64,000 bases of DNA from a virus (Duplodnaviria; Caudoviricetes): the IMG/VR virus record IMGVR_UViG_3300037067_003630, positions 6,495 through 70,494 of that record, one strand, 5' to 3'. The notes beneath the pieces were generated by a model, which was not told where the DNA came from, made no database searches, and saw nothing but the letters and a program-made list of their open reading frames with translations. The number at the start of each line of letters is the position of its first letter. Positions within the stretch are counted from its first letter, which is position 1. Shown one piece after another: positions 9,202 through 18,481 of the stretch. Position numbers and translations under genes: made by a program.

Positions 9202-9930
9202 CTATAGCCTCCATTTCCACGGATATTTTATTTCTTCCGGTACTTTCAAATCCAAAATTGCGCTTTCCAATGTCCATGGAATCCCATACCGTGTCAGTCC
9301 AATCAATTCCTGCAGCTGCTCAGCTGTGTCCACACCGACAACAACATAATCAATATACGGGTTGCCATATGTGAATAAAAATACCGCCTCTTTTCGGTTG
9401 ATTCCGTATGGCTTGATAATGCCGTCCAACCGTTCAATATATTCCTTGCCGATCGGCGGTTCATCCATAAGTAAAAGCCCTTGTAAAAACACGGATCGGG
9501 CAATGGTAGTTATTTTATATTCCTTTGCCAGCTTGAAAAACTTTGTTTTCAAAATATTGTGGTCGAACGCATTATACGGAAATTCAATTATGTTCATTTT
9601 CAGTTTTGCGGCCTTGACTGCCTCTTCCGGAGTATCAACCGAAACGCCATCCCAATCGCTGTCGTTAATCCTGCTGAATCCGTGTGCCAACTCCTGGCAA
9701 CTTCGGTAGTGAAAATAATCCTGAAATTCATTTATTTGCTTGATGAACTTTACAGGGTATGCGGTTGTATCTTCATACGCCGTTGAGGTGTCGATAAGGT
9801 GAATCCCATTGTCAATTGCTGTATGCAGTATTTTTATTCCTTCATCCCGTGGCACCTGACTTTTGCACTTCACACCATACGGCTGATAAAAATTTGCTAC
9901 GCCGAGAATCAGCTTTGTCTTGATAGCCAT
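9202..9930 (-). CDS. Aldo/keto reductase
   Basis: LILGVANF...YG, IDTSTAY, GVSVDTPEE, IARSVFLQGLL and VVGVDTAEQLQE motifs. Confidence 0.85.
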   Translation of the reverse strand: MAIKTKLILGVANFYQPYGVKCKSQVPRDEGIKILHTAIDNGIHLIDTSTAYEDTTAYPVKFIKQINEFQDYFHYRSCQELAHGFSRINDSDWDGVSVDTPEEAVKAAKLKMNIIEFPYNAFDHNILKTKFFKLAKEYKITTIARSVFLQGLLLMDEPPIGKEYIERLDGIIKPYGINRKEAVFLFTYGNPYIDYVVVGVDTAEQLQELIGLTRYGIPWTLESAILDLKVPEEIKYPWKWRL

Positions 9931-10583
9931 TTTAAAACATCCTCCATCAAAAATATTTTGCCAGGTTTATATAAAGCCTTATAAATCTGTGTGATAAATT
10001 CGTAATCCTGTTGTGTATCAAGCGTCCAGCGCAAACTAGACAAATCTTGCCCTTGCACTATAGCGAGAACTTTAAACCCGCTCCACAAAAAAAAGATATC
10101 ATATTCCTTTTCAAAAAAGTTTATCTTATAGAAATCAGGTTGTTTTAATAACCCCGCCTTGAAAACCTCCACGTCCAATCCATCCGGAAATCTTCGTCCG
10201 ATGCAGTTTGTTGTCAAATCATTATTTCCGTGATGTGAAATTATCATATCTATCAAATCCGGACAAACTAAGGCGCAATCACCTGTGATGCGGACAATTG
10301 AATCATTATTCCTTATATTATAATACTCGATAGCTTTAATGTATCTATTTTTTACATCATCCTCTGAGCCACGGAAGCAATTTATTTGTATCTGCCTGCA
10401 TAATGATTCTATTACATCGTTTTCCGGATTTGTGCTGGTGACAACTATTATCTTGTCAACCGTTTTGGCAAATCTCACGCGGTCAATTATATGTGCCAAA
10501 ACAGGTTTGCCGCATATCGGCAATAAAACTTTGCCGGGCAAACGTTGGCTTCCCATACGAGCTTGAATGAAACAATACTTCAT
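9909..10583 (-). CDS. SpsF-like acylneuraminate/nonulosonate cytidylyltransferase family protein
   Basis: IQARMGSQRLPGKVL, FRGSEDDV, VRITGDC, FPDGLDVEVF and RWTLDT motifs. Confidence 0.88.
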   Translation of the reverse strand: MKYCFIQARMGSQRLPGKVLLPICGKPVLAHIIDRVRFAKTVDKIIVVTSTNPENDVIESLCRQIQINCFRGSEDDVKNRYIKAIEYYNIRNNDSIVRITGDCALVCPDLIDMIISHHGNNDLTTNCIGRRFPDGLDVEVFKAGLLKQPDFYKINFFEKEYDIFFLWSGFKVLAIVQGQDLSSLRWTLDTQQDYEFITQIYKALYKPGKIFLMEDVLKWLSRQS

Positions 10584-10636
10584 ATTTACCTCACATAAAA
10601 ATAAGCTCCCCTCCCGGACATCTCCAACTATTTACT

Positions 10637-10645
10637 ATTATAGCA
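10637..10645 (-). promoter_or_regulatory. Extended -10 promoter (TGcTATAAT) without a correctly spaced -35; probable activator-dependent late promoter
   Basis: Minus strand reads ...TTTGCAGTAATTGACTATACTGTATTGCTATAAT. The TTGACT hexamer is only 12 nt from the -10. Confidence 0.55.
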
Positions 10646-10737
10646 ATACAGTATAGTCAATTACTGCAAAGTTTTTGTGCAGTCCAATGGCGAATTAAAA
10701 TAGTCCGTTTGTCCATAAAAACATTATCAAAATAGTG

Positions 10738-10766
10738 TTGACAACGGCGTACAACTGGAGTACAAT
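10738..10766 (+). promoter_or_regulatory. Sigma-A/70 promoter of the inverted island
   Basis: TTGACA-17 nt-TACAAT. GTACAA occurs twice (candidate operator). Confidence 0.75.
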
Positions 10767-10799
10767 AGTAATATAATAAGTAGCAGGGAGGAAAATAAT

Positions 10800-11117
10800 A
10801 TGAATGGTTTTAAAATTCTTGTAGAGTCATGTTTTAACACATGGCTCTTGACAAAGGGCGGATGCCCGACAACGCAGTTGGCAACTTATGAGCCGTCAAT
10901 GGCTCATAAGGCAGCGGAATTTATTTATTATTCTTTGCCGTTCGCGTCATGGGATGCTGGCAGGGGTGTAACGCTCTCAATGTCCATTAATGGGCTTGAA
11001 GAGTTTATCACATCAGCGATGACCGACGTGTCTGATAATGAAACAGGACAATGGCAATGGATGACGCCGGCGACTTGTTTTGTCGCCGGGTGGTTTACGG
11101 TAAAGCCCTCCGGTTAG
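10800..11117 (+). CDS. Hypothetical protein
   Basis: GGGAGG SD; first ORF after the promoter. Confidence 0.65.
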   Translation: MNGFKILVESCFNTWLLTKGGCPTTQLATYEPSMAHKAAEFIYYSLPFASWDAGRGVTLSMSINGLEEFITSAMTDVSDNETGQWQWMTPATCFVAGWFTVKPSG

Positions 11118-11134
11118 AGGACGGGGAGGCAAAG

Positions 11135-12250
11135 ATGGTTAGGAGTTTTATTTGCGAGACTTGCAAAAATGAATATTCTAGGCCGACTTATACGGCAACC
11201 GCAACCAGACAGACCAAAGAATATTGGAGGGAGCGTGAAGGTACCGAGTTTGGCACCTGTAGTGAGTGCTATAAAAAAGAGCAGGAAGAAAAGCGGCAAA
11301 AGGCAATTTCAGAAGCTGGCCTTCCTGAACTCACTGGTTCCGAAAAGCAAATCGGATGGGCTACAAAAATCCGTTTTGACAAATACGAAATTTCGAAGGA
11401 TTATACCAGCAAAATGAGTCCCAAAGGTGCCGAAGTGTACGACAGGCTGTTTGGTACGGTTGAAGCTAAATTTTGGATTGACAACAGAGACAAGAGTTTC
11501 AGAGAATTAGCTACTCTGGTTATGTCTATGGCTCCGGCAGAAGTTGAGGCAGAAATTAAAGCCGAAGAAGAAAAGGAAAGCAAAGCCAAAATGCAGGTAC
11601 TCCTGCCTGCAACACCGGTGGATGAAACGCCGGTCGAAATAAAGGTTGCTGACGTAGCCGTTATTGTCAACTCCAAAAAAGATGAGAAAATTATTGAAGT
11701 CTGCAAAAACTCCGGCTATTCATGGAAAGATGGAGCATGGAGAAAAGCGATATCCTTCCGCACCGGCACCGCAATTGATAGAGCAGCGGATATCGGCAAT
11801 AAACTTTTGAACGCAGGTTATCCGGTGGCAATTGACAACGCAGATGCGGCACAAAAAGCTGTTAGTGCAGAATTCGAACCCGAATGCACCCGGTGGGTGT
11901 CGGTTCCAAAGGGAGAAACGGGCAGATTTATGATTTATTGGAGAGGCAAAAATCAGTCCTTGTACGAAACTGCCAGATCGCTTCCACATTCTTCGTATGA
12001 TAGCCCTGACATCATGGTTCCAATTAAATATTTCCGCGAGGTTGAAGATTTTGCAGGACTGTACGGCTTTAAGTTTAGTCCGGGAGCAATAAAGGCGATT
12101 GCAGAATATAAGGCGAGTTTAGAAGTTAAAAGGGTTGTTCCGGGGAAGGCTCCTAAAGTCGAATGGTCAGATGGACTGAAAAAAATATTGGAAAGCAGCA
12201 ATGATATAATTGAGGATTTAAAGGAGAGCAATCATGAAAAAGCTAAATGA
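11135..12250 (+). CDS. Conserved phage-type hypothetical protein
   Basis: CxxC pairs then LPELTGSEKQIGWATKIR; GGGAGG SD before ATG 11135. Confidence 0.7.
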   Translation: MVRSFICETCKNEYSRPTYTATATRQTKEYWREREGTEFGTCSECYKKEQEEKRQKAISEAGLPELTGSEKQIGWATKIRFDKYEISKDYTSKMSPKGAEVYDRLFGTVEAKFWIDNRDKSFRELATLVMSMAPAEVEAEIKAEEEKESKAKMQVLLPATPVDETPVEIKVADVAVIVNSKKDEKIIEVCKNSGYSWKDGAWRKAISFRTGTAIDRAADIGNKLLNAGYPVAIDNADAAQKAVSAEFEPECTRWVSVPKGETGRFMIYWRGKNQSLYETARSLPHSSYDSPDIMVPIKYFREVEDFAGLYGFKFSPGAIKAIAEYKASLEVKRVVPGKAPKVEWSDGLKKILESSNDIIEDLKESNHEKAK

Positions 12251-12449
12251 TTTGAGCGACACCGAACTTCTGGACATGATGGATGTGCCGGAAGAAAAAC
12301 TTGAAGAAAGTGTATCTTCCAGAGTAATCAACCCGCCGGAATTGGCAGGTTTTAGCGGCGAAATGACAGATATTGTTATGGGCATCTTCGAAGAGCGCCA
12401 CGGAGAAGAGCATGCCTATCAACTATGGATGGAGCGGTTCGGAGGGTAG
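12234..12449 (+). CDS. Small acidic hypothetical protein
   Basis: AAGGAG SD; overlaps the previous stop. Confidence 0.55.
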   Translation: MKKLNDLSDTELLDMMDVPEEKLEESVSSRVINPPELAGFSGEMTDIVMGIFEERHGEEHAYQLWMERFGG

Positions 12450-12450
12450 A

Positions 12451-13863
12451 ATGAACTTTAAAACCGCTCTACTCCCACATCAACAATCGGCATATGATAA
12501 GCTCCGGTGCCTTAAGATTGGTGCCTTATATATGGATATGGGTACTGGCAAAACAAGAACGGCGTTGGAAATCATTGCGCTACGGCTTGATGCTGGCAAA
12601 ATAAATCACATCCTATGGCTCTGTCCATGCTCCGTAAAACCAACAATCAAGGCAGAGCTACAGAAGCATATTGACGGCGATTTGTCTATGTTCACTATCG
12701 AAGGCATAGAAAGCATGTCGCAGTCTGACAGGCTGTATTTGCGGTTGCTTGATTTGGTGGCTAATCAAAAGGTGTTTTTAATTGTTGATGAAAGTAACCT
12801 CGTTAAGAATCATTTTGCGAAACGCACAAAAAGGATATCGGCGCTAGCAAAGTCTTGCGCTTACAGGCTTATTTTGAACGGTACGCCGGTCAGCAAGAAT
12901 GAAGCGGATTTATTTGCACAGTGGTACATTTTAGATGAGCGCATATTGGGCTATCACTCTTTCTGGAGCTTTGCAGCGAATCATCTTGAATATGACGATT
13001 ACGGCAAAGTCAGGCGCGTTCTGAATGTGGATTATCTCACTGAAAAAATATCGCCGTACTCATACGGTGTGAAGAAGGAGGAGTGTATTGTACTACCACG
13101 CAAGCGTTATCGCGAACGTGATTTTGCGTTGACGGAAGAACAGGAATACGCATATTATGACGCAAAGGAAAAGCTGCTGGCTAATGTTGACGAGTTTGAC
13201 AGCACGACAATATACAAGCTTTTTACCGGGCTACAGCAGGTCACAAGCGGGCGCGCAATAGTTAGCATATATCCGCTTAAAAGTATACCGTTTTTCGATA
13301 ATCCGCTTGACAATCCGCGCATTAATGCCCTATTGCGAGAGGTTGACGATGTGGAAGAAAAAATCATAATCTGGTGCAAATTCAAGCATGAGATAGACGA
13401 TGTAACGGCGGTATTGCGGGACAGATACGGAGTGGACAGCGTGGCGCAGTTTTACGGCGGCATAAGTCAGAAAAGCCGCATTGCTGAAATGGAAAGGTTC
13501 AGAAACAATGCTCAGTATCTGATAGCGCACAAGGTCTGTGGTGGCTACGGTCTTAACCTGCAATTTTGCTCACGCATGATATATTATAACAATGACTTTA
13601 ACTGGGCGACAAGGGCGCAGTCAGAGGACAGAGTTCACAGGTTGGGACAGACTAAAGAGGTAATTATCGTTGACATATGCGCCGCAAGTAAAATTGATGA
13701 CAGGATTATTAATAACCTTAACTGCAAAGGCGTTCTATGTGACAGATTCAAGGATGAACTCAGGAAGAACAGGGATAACAAGGCGGCATTATCCGCCTGG
13801 ATAGATGGAGGTAGGCATGATAAAAATAGGGCTGAACCAGAGGGAGAAGCAGAGGGAAATTGA
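12451..13863 (+). CDS. SNF2-family (SF2) helicase/ATPase
   Basis: DMGTGKT (motif I), IVDES (II), LNGTP (III), GGYGLNLQ (V) and QSEDRVHRLGQ (VI). Confidence 0.9.
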   Translation: MNFKTALLPHQQSAYDKLRCLKIGALYMDMGTGKTRTALEIIALRLDAGKINHILWLCPCSVKPTIKAELQKHIDGDLSMFTIEGIESMSQSDRLYLRLLDLVANQKVFLIVDESNLVKNHFAKRTKRISALAKSCAYRLILNGTPVSKNEADLFAQWYILDERILGYHSFWSFAANHLEYDDYGKVRRVLNVDYLTEKISPYSYGVKKEECIVLPRKRYRERDFALTEEQEYAYYDAKEKLLANVDEFDSTTIYKLFTGLQQVTSGRAIVSIYPLKSIPFFDNPLDNPRINALLREVDDVEEKIIIWCKFKHEIDDVTAVLRDRYGVDSVAQFYGGISQKSRIAEMERFRNNAQYLIAHKVCGGYGLNLQFCSRMIYYNNDFNWATRAQSEDRVHRLGQTKEVIIVDICAASKIDDRIINNLNCKGVLCDRFKDELRKNRDNKAALSAWIDGGRHDKNRAEPEGEAEGN

Positions 13864-14683
13864 CAAGTGTTTAAGCAATATAAAAAAAGTGTTCTGTTTT
13901 TACTACAAGGATTTCCCTGTGAAATATAATGTAAACTGCGAAATCGAGTACGTTGAGTATGCGGACATTGAAATGTATAAGTTTTTTTACCGGCTTCTGG
14001 AAGAGATCGGCAATGATAGTTTAATCGTTATGGACGGATGTATGAGGACGCAGAACCGATCAGAACTTATTTACAATTGCGCTCATCATTACCTGAACCA
14101 AACGCCGCATAAAATCATATTTGAACACTTTCCCATTATCGATACCAAGGATGATTTCATGATTTTACTGGACTTTGAAAACAAAGGTAAATACAAAGGC
14201 AAATCTTTTGACTATCTGTTTTTGCAGCAGGAAGATATACTGATTAAGCCACATAAAGTTAAAATGGAATTGTTGCCTGCGGAAGTGTCGGGCAGTGAAA
14301 GGGTGCAGTATGACGCTAAAAAGGAAAGCTTGTTTGATAATTTGGGAGGTAAGGATCCGGACACAATCCCGCGAACATTGCAACTGTTTGCGGGAGATTT
14401 GAAAAAGAAGGCCATTCAGCCTGACAAGCTTTATGTGGCAAGAAACAAGCGGTTTAAGTTAGATAATGTGTTGAGCTATGATGAGGCTAAGAAAGGCGAA
14501 TACATCATCATAGATACTCATTACCGCCGTCTTAACATGAATGACTTCCTGAAAATTACCGGCATGGAGAAGATAAAATATCTATGTACCACGCTGCCAA
14601 TTGACAATGTAATAATCTCAGAATTTGCGGAATGGAAAGCGAGGTTGGATGCCGTCTATGCTCAATCAAGTTTATATAAATAA
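13818..14683 (+). CDS. Hypothetical protein, possibly a degenerate helicase-like partner
   Basis: Long ORF coupled to both neighbours, GGAGGT SD; no catalytic motif recognised. Confidence 0.65.
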
Positions 14684-15776
14684 AAATGTACTTGAAGCGG
14701 CCAGAGAACGTATGAAGTATATTTTTGATGAGTTTGGGAATATATGCGTAAGTGTAAGCGGCGGCAAGGACAGTACTGTTTTGGCTCATCTGGCATTGCA
14801 GGAGGCGAACCGAAGAGGGCGGAAGATAGGTATATTTTTTCTGGATGAAGAAGTCGTTTATGAAAGCACGGTAAAACAGATAAAATATATAATGGACATG
14901 TATCCTGAAAACGCCGTCAAGCTGTGGTTTCAAATTGAATTTAACCTCACCAACTCCACATCAATCAAGGATGGACAGTTGAAATGTTGGGAGCGCGGCA
15001 AGCACGAGATATGGATGCGGCCAAAAGAACCGGACAGCATACAATATAAACCGTGGGACAGGGCGAATGAAACGGTCAGGGACAAAAACAAGGGCTTCGG
15101 ATTCTATGACGCGCTGGACAACTTCCAGAACTCCCGGCGGAACACAGCTTTTCTTGTCGGCCTGAGAGCCACAGAAAGTCCTAACAGGTGGCGGGCGGTA
15201 TCAAAGAATCCGGGATACAAAGACGTTTGCTGGTGCACAAAAGGCCATAATTGCAATGTTAATTTTTATCCTCTGTATGACTGGAATTTCCATGATATCT
15301 GGAAGTACATATATGACGAACAGTTGAAGTACAGCAAGATATACGATTACCAGTACAAGAAGGGCATGGGACTACAGGAAATAAGGGTATCCAGTCTGAT
15401 ACATGAAAAATCATTTAAGGCTCTGGTGGAGTTGCCGGAGTTTGAACCCAAAACATATGACAAGCTACAGAGGCGGATTGGCGGGATAGCAGTAGGTCAT
15501 ATCTATGGCAAGGAAAACAAGATGCTCCGTGCCCGGACGTTACCGAAGAATTTCAAAAGCTGGCGGGGGTACCGGGACTTCCTGCTGGAAACTTATCCGG
15601 ACGCCAGCAAAAAAGATATTTTTGTTAAGCGTTATGTCCGATACCTGGATAACAATTATGTCGCTCGCCAGGAATGCCGGCAACTTATCCTAAATGATTA
15701 CGAGAATAACCTTCCTGTGGATAATAAACCAGATCCACGGGAGGAAACAATTAAGAAATGGAGAGAATTATTATGA
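14658..15776 (+). CDS. PAPS-reductase-like PP-loop protein (IbrA/DUF3440-like)
   Basis: SVSGGKDS PP-loop, FFLDEE, VGLRATES..R, YPLYDW...DIW and RVSSLIHE motifs. Confidence 0.87.
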   Translation: MLNQVYINKNVLEAARERMKYIFDEFGNICVSVSGGKDSTVLAHLALQEANRRGRKIGIFFLDEEVVYESTVKQIKYIMDMYPENAVKLWFQIEFNLTNSTSIKDGQLKCWERGKHEIWMRPKEPDSIQYKPWDRANETVRDKNKGFGFYDALDNFQNSRRNTAFLVGLRATESPNRWRAVSKNPGYKDVCWCTKGHNCNVNFYPLYDWNFHDIWKYIYDEQLKYSKIYDYQYKKGMGLQEIRVSSLIHEKSFKALVELPEFEPKTYDKLQRRIGGIAVGHIYGKENKMLRARTLPKNFKSWRGYRDFLLETYPDASKKDIFVKRYVRYLDNNYVARQECRQLILNDYENNLPVDNKPDPREETIKKWRELL

Positions 15777-16357
15777 GAGAGATAAAAACAGAAGAATACG
15801 GAACGTTTATAATACCGGAGGCTCCTATTATCAATACAAAGTTCGGCCCAATTAAATTAATATCCCAAACAGCTATAATAGCACCAATAGAGTTAGTACA
15901 AGCCAATAATTATAACCCAAACAGCGTGGACAGTAAAAATATGGAGCTGCTGAGGCAGTCAATCATTGATAATGGTTTTTGTTATGGGGTTGTTACGATC
16001 TGGGACGAAGATCTGCAAAAATTTATTATAGTAGACGGATACCATAGATATGATGAATTCAAAAATACTTTACAGGCTGTCGAAATTCCGATTTATGTAC
16101 TTGAACAAACCCCAGCACAAAGGATGGCTGCTACAGTCCAGTTTAACCGTGCCCGGGGAGTTCACCAAGTTGATCTCATGGGTGATCTAGTTAAAGCTTT
16201 ATTTGAGCAAGGCGAAGATGATGAGGCTATCGCAAAGCACCTAGGCATGGAGCTTGAGGAAGTATTCAGGCTTAAACAAATAACCGGCATTGCGGAGTTA
16301 TTTAAGAATCAGACATATTCCCGCTCATGGGAAATGCAGGAGGTAGAAAATGGCTGA
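15773..16357 (+). CDS. ParB/Srx-like protein (IbrB-like)
   Basis: ANNYNPN, SIIDNGF, IVDGYHRY, ATVQFNRARG and LGMELEEVFRLKQITG motifs. Confidence 0.87.
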   Translation: MREIKTEEYGTFIIPEAPIINTKFGPIKLISQTAIIAPIELVQANNYNPNSVDSKNMELLRQSIIDNGFCYGVVTIWDEDLQKFIIVDGYHRYDEFKNTLQAVEIPIYVLEQTPAQRMAATVQFNRARGVHQVDLMGDLVKALFEQGEDDEAIAKHLGMELEEVFRLKQITGIAELFKNQTYSRSWEMQEVENG

Positions 16358-16979
16358 ATACAATTATGGTAATGCTTATCTGAGACATCCATTGAGCAAA
16401 GAGCCTTATGTTTTTGGTGATGGCAGCATAGTCCAAGTGCATGACATATTTGATCCGTTGCCTGAGTTTATGAGGTTGGCAGACATGGTATTCGTAGATC
16501 CACCGTGGAATCTGGGCAACATTAATACGTTTTATATGAAAGCTGAGAAGTATGAACGGGTGGACAGTTTTGAACGATTTTATAAGCGGTTGTTTGAGTG
16601 TATTGGGACAATAGGATCACAAGTCTGTTATGTGGAAGTGGGAAAAGAACACCTTGCGGATTTTATCATGGAAATGCAGAGGCTTTATAAATATGTGACA
16701 TTTTACAACAGCACCTATTATCACAGTAAAGATAAGTTATGTTATGTAATTAGAGGAAGCAAAAAATTTAAGAAGCCCACATTGGATGGTATGGATGAGG
16801 AAGACATTATTGAGTGGATATGTGCAAACGAGGATTATAATATTATTGGTGATCTCTGCATGGGATGTGGGCTTGTTGGCCTGAATGCTTACCGGAATGG
16901 AAAACGGTTTGTAGGGACGGAATTGAACCATAAAAGGCTATCTGTATTGATAGAGAAAGTAGAGGGTGACAATGAATAA
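16350..16979 (+). CDS. Amino-methyltransferase (N6-A/N4-C DNA MTase, beta-like motif order)
   Basis: Catalytic VDPPW precedes SAM-binding GDLCMGCG and FVGTELN. Confidence 0.75.
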   Translation: MAEYNYGNAYLRHPLSKEPYVFGDGSIVQVHDIFDPLPEFMRLADMVFVDPPWNLGNINTFYMKAEKYERVDSFERFYKRLFECIGTIGSQVCYVEVGKEHLADFIMEMQRLYKYVTFYNSTYYHSKDKLCYVIRGSKKFKKPTLDGMDEEDIIEWICANEDYNIIGDLCMGCGLVGLNAYRNGKRFVGTELNHKRLSVLIEKVEGDNE

Positions 16980-17130
16980 TAGATTTCAAGTAAGGGATAC
17001 AGAGGAAGAACTTAAAAAATTAGACGAGGCTATCACAAAACTTGGATATAAAGACCGGGCTGATTGGTATCGTGATGCAAAAAGAGATACAATGAAAAAG
17101 GCACAAAAAATAAACCCCCAGATTAAATAA
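16972..17130 (+). CDS. Small ribbon-helix-helix-like regulator (not in ORF track)
   Basis: MNNRFQVRDTEEELKKLDEAITKLGYKDRADWYRD..., 52 aa, GAGGG SD. Confidence 0.6.
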   Translation: MNNRFQVRDTEEELKKLDEAITKLGYKDRADWYRDAKRDTMKKAQKINPQIK

Positions 17131-17144
17131 CTGGGGTTTATTTT
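17107..17144. terminator. Bidirectional intrinsic terminator
   Basis: AAAATAAACCCCCAG...CTGGGGTTTATTTT between convergent genes. Confidence 0.8.
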
Positions 17145-17170
17145 ATTTCAATTTAAAAAACTGTTTCGAA

Positions 17171-17596
17171 TTAAATTCGCAGTCCTCTCTCTCTTGCAAA
17201 CTCTTGGCAAGATTTATTCAGCCAATAATATATCTGCCTGATACTTGCGGGGATATGTATTTCTGCATAATGTACGCGTGTTTCAATATCACCCCATTCA
17301 AGTTCTTGCCAACAGTCTTTTTGATATACCATTTCAACTGCTTTACGTGGGTCTCTGCCGCATATAATCAATGCCTTTTCCGCCGCGTCCAGATCGGCAA
17401 GTTCGGCAGCATGTTCGCTCAATATTCTCTCTTTGTGCATCAGTGCAGCCTCAGTAGGATTGCTTACCCCATCAGACTTAGCTTGGCGTTTGTAATCATC
17501 CACAAGTTTATTAATATATTTGTCTGCGCTGCCTTCCCTGGCGAGAAAACGAAACGCCTGAGTGGCATACTCGCGATATGGCTGTCTTTTGTTCAT
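17171..17596 (-). CDS. Putative late-gene transcription activator (RinA/ArpU-like position)
   Basis: Last gene of the early operon; C-terminal HTH-like segment (SIRQIYYWLNK..FARERGL). Confidence 0.5.
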   Translation of the reverse strand: MNKRQPYREYATQAFRFLAREGSADKYINKLVDDYKRQAKSDGVSNPTEAALMHKERILSEHAAELADLDAAEKALIICGRDPRKAVEMVYQKDCWQELEWGDIETRVHYAEIHIPASIRQIYYWLNKSCQEFARERGLRI

Positions 17597-17605
17597 TGGA
17601 TTACC

Positions 17606-17959
17606 TCACCCCTCCGTCATATACCCCACAATAACTTTAACCGCCTCGCCCCATCCATAGCACACATCTACCTTGTGCCCTTGTTTTCGTAACTGTTCAA
17701 TCCACCACAGTTGATTTTCTGTCGGTTTGTTCTTACCAACTTTCATTTCGATAAACAGCCCGTGATACTCACCGCACGGAACCGGAAGGCAGATGTCCGG
17801 TACACCTGATTTTACGCCCTCTTTTTTCAGCCTTGCCGCCGTTGTAATATTGCGCTTACCGCCGTTCGGCACCGCGAACAGTAGCTTTAGTTCCGGCGTT
17901 TTCTTTGCGGCGAATTCAGCCCATTCAAATAAGGCTTGCTGTTCAGTGGATTCGCTCAT
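17606..17959 (-). CDS. VRR-NUC domain nuclease (Holliday junction resolvase-like)
   Basis: ESTEQQALFEW, AVPNGG, GVKSGVPD, FIEMK and PTENQ motifs. Confidence 0.88.
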   Translation of the reverse strand: MSESTEQQALFEWAEFAAKKTPELKLLFAVPNGGKRNITTAARLKKEGVKSGVPDICLPVPCGEYHGLFIEMKVGKNKPTENQLWWIEQLRKQGHKVDVCYGWGEAVKVIVGYMTEG

Positions 17960-17960
17960 C

Positions 17961-18347
17961 TTAGTCCCTCCTGCAATAGTCACAATGCAAGTCATTGCCT
18001 TCGTTTTTTGAGTCGTACAAGCAGCCGCATGTCTTGCATCTCTCAATATGATCGGGCAGAACGCAAGTTTGTTCTTGTAAAAACCAAATTATTCTAAATG
18101 CCATCTGCTCTGATAAATGCGGTGGGCGTTTCATGTGGATACCGTCCGGCAACTCGCCTTGAAGAAATTTATAGAATTCTTCAATCTTTTCAATTGGCAT
18201 TTCGCTGATAAAATGGCGGATAAATTGTTTCTCTCTTGGGCAGCAATCGTAGCATTTAATCGTTTCATCAATTGATAATAATTCTTTTTTTTCATCTCTA
18301 AGCATCTTTCCCGCCTCCCACCTTATTGCAATAATATGTCCGTGCAT
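17961..18347 (-). CDS. Hypothetical protein
   Basis: ORF in early operon with a Cys-rich C-terminus; start uncertain. Confidence 0.55.
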   Translation of the reverse strand: MHGHIIAIRWEAGKMLRDEKKELLSIDETIKCYDCCPREKQFIRHFISEMPIEKIEEFYKFLQGELPDGIHMKRPPHLSEQMAFRIIWFLQEQTCVLPDHIERCKTCGCLYDSKNEGNDLHCDYCRRD

Positions 18348-18481
18348 ACATGCAGGATGGTATTCTGTCCATGGTTCCTTTGTCCCTGTTGTACTTGTTG
18401 ATTATTTCTTTGTCCAGGCAAAGGCACCAATCGGCATTTTTGCGGATTGATTCCGACCTATCAAGACACCCTATACATTTT

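Noticed and set aside
14658-15776. Sulfate-assimilation CysH or a full Dnd phosphorothioation system
   Set aside because: The context is ParB/MTase/SNF2; no other cys, dnd or ssp genes are present.
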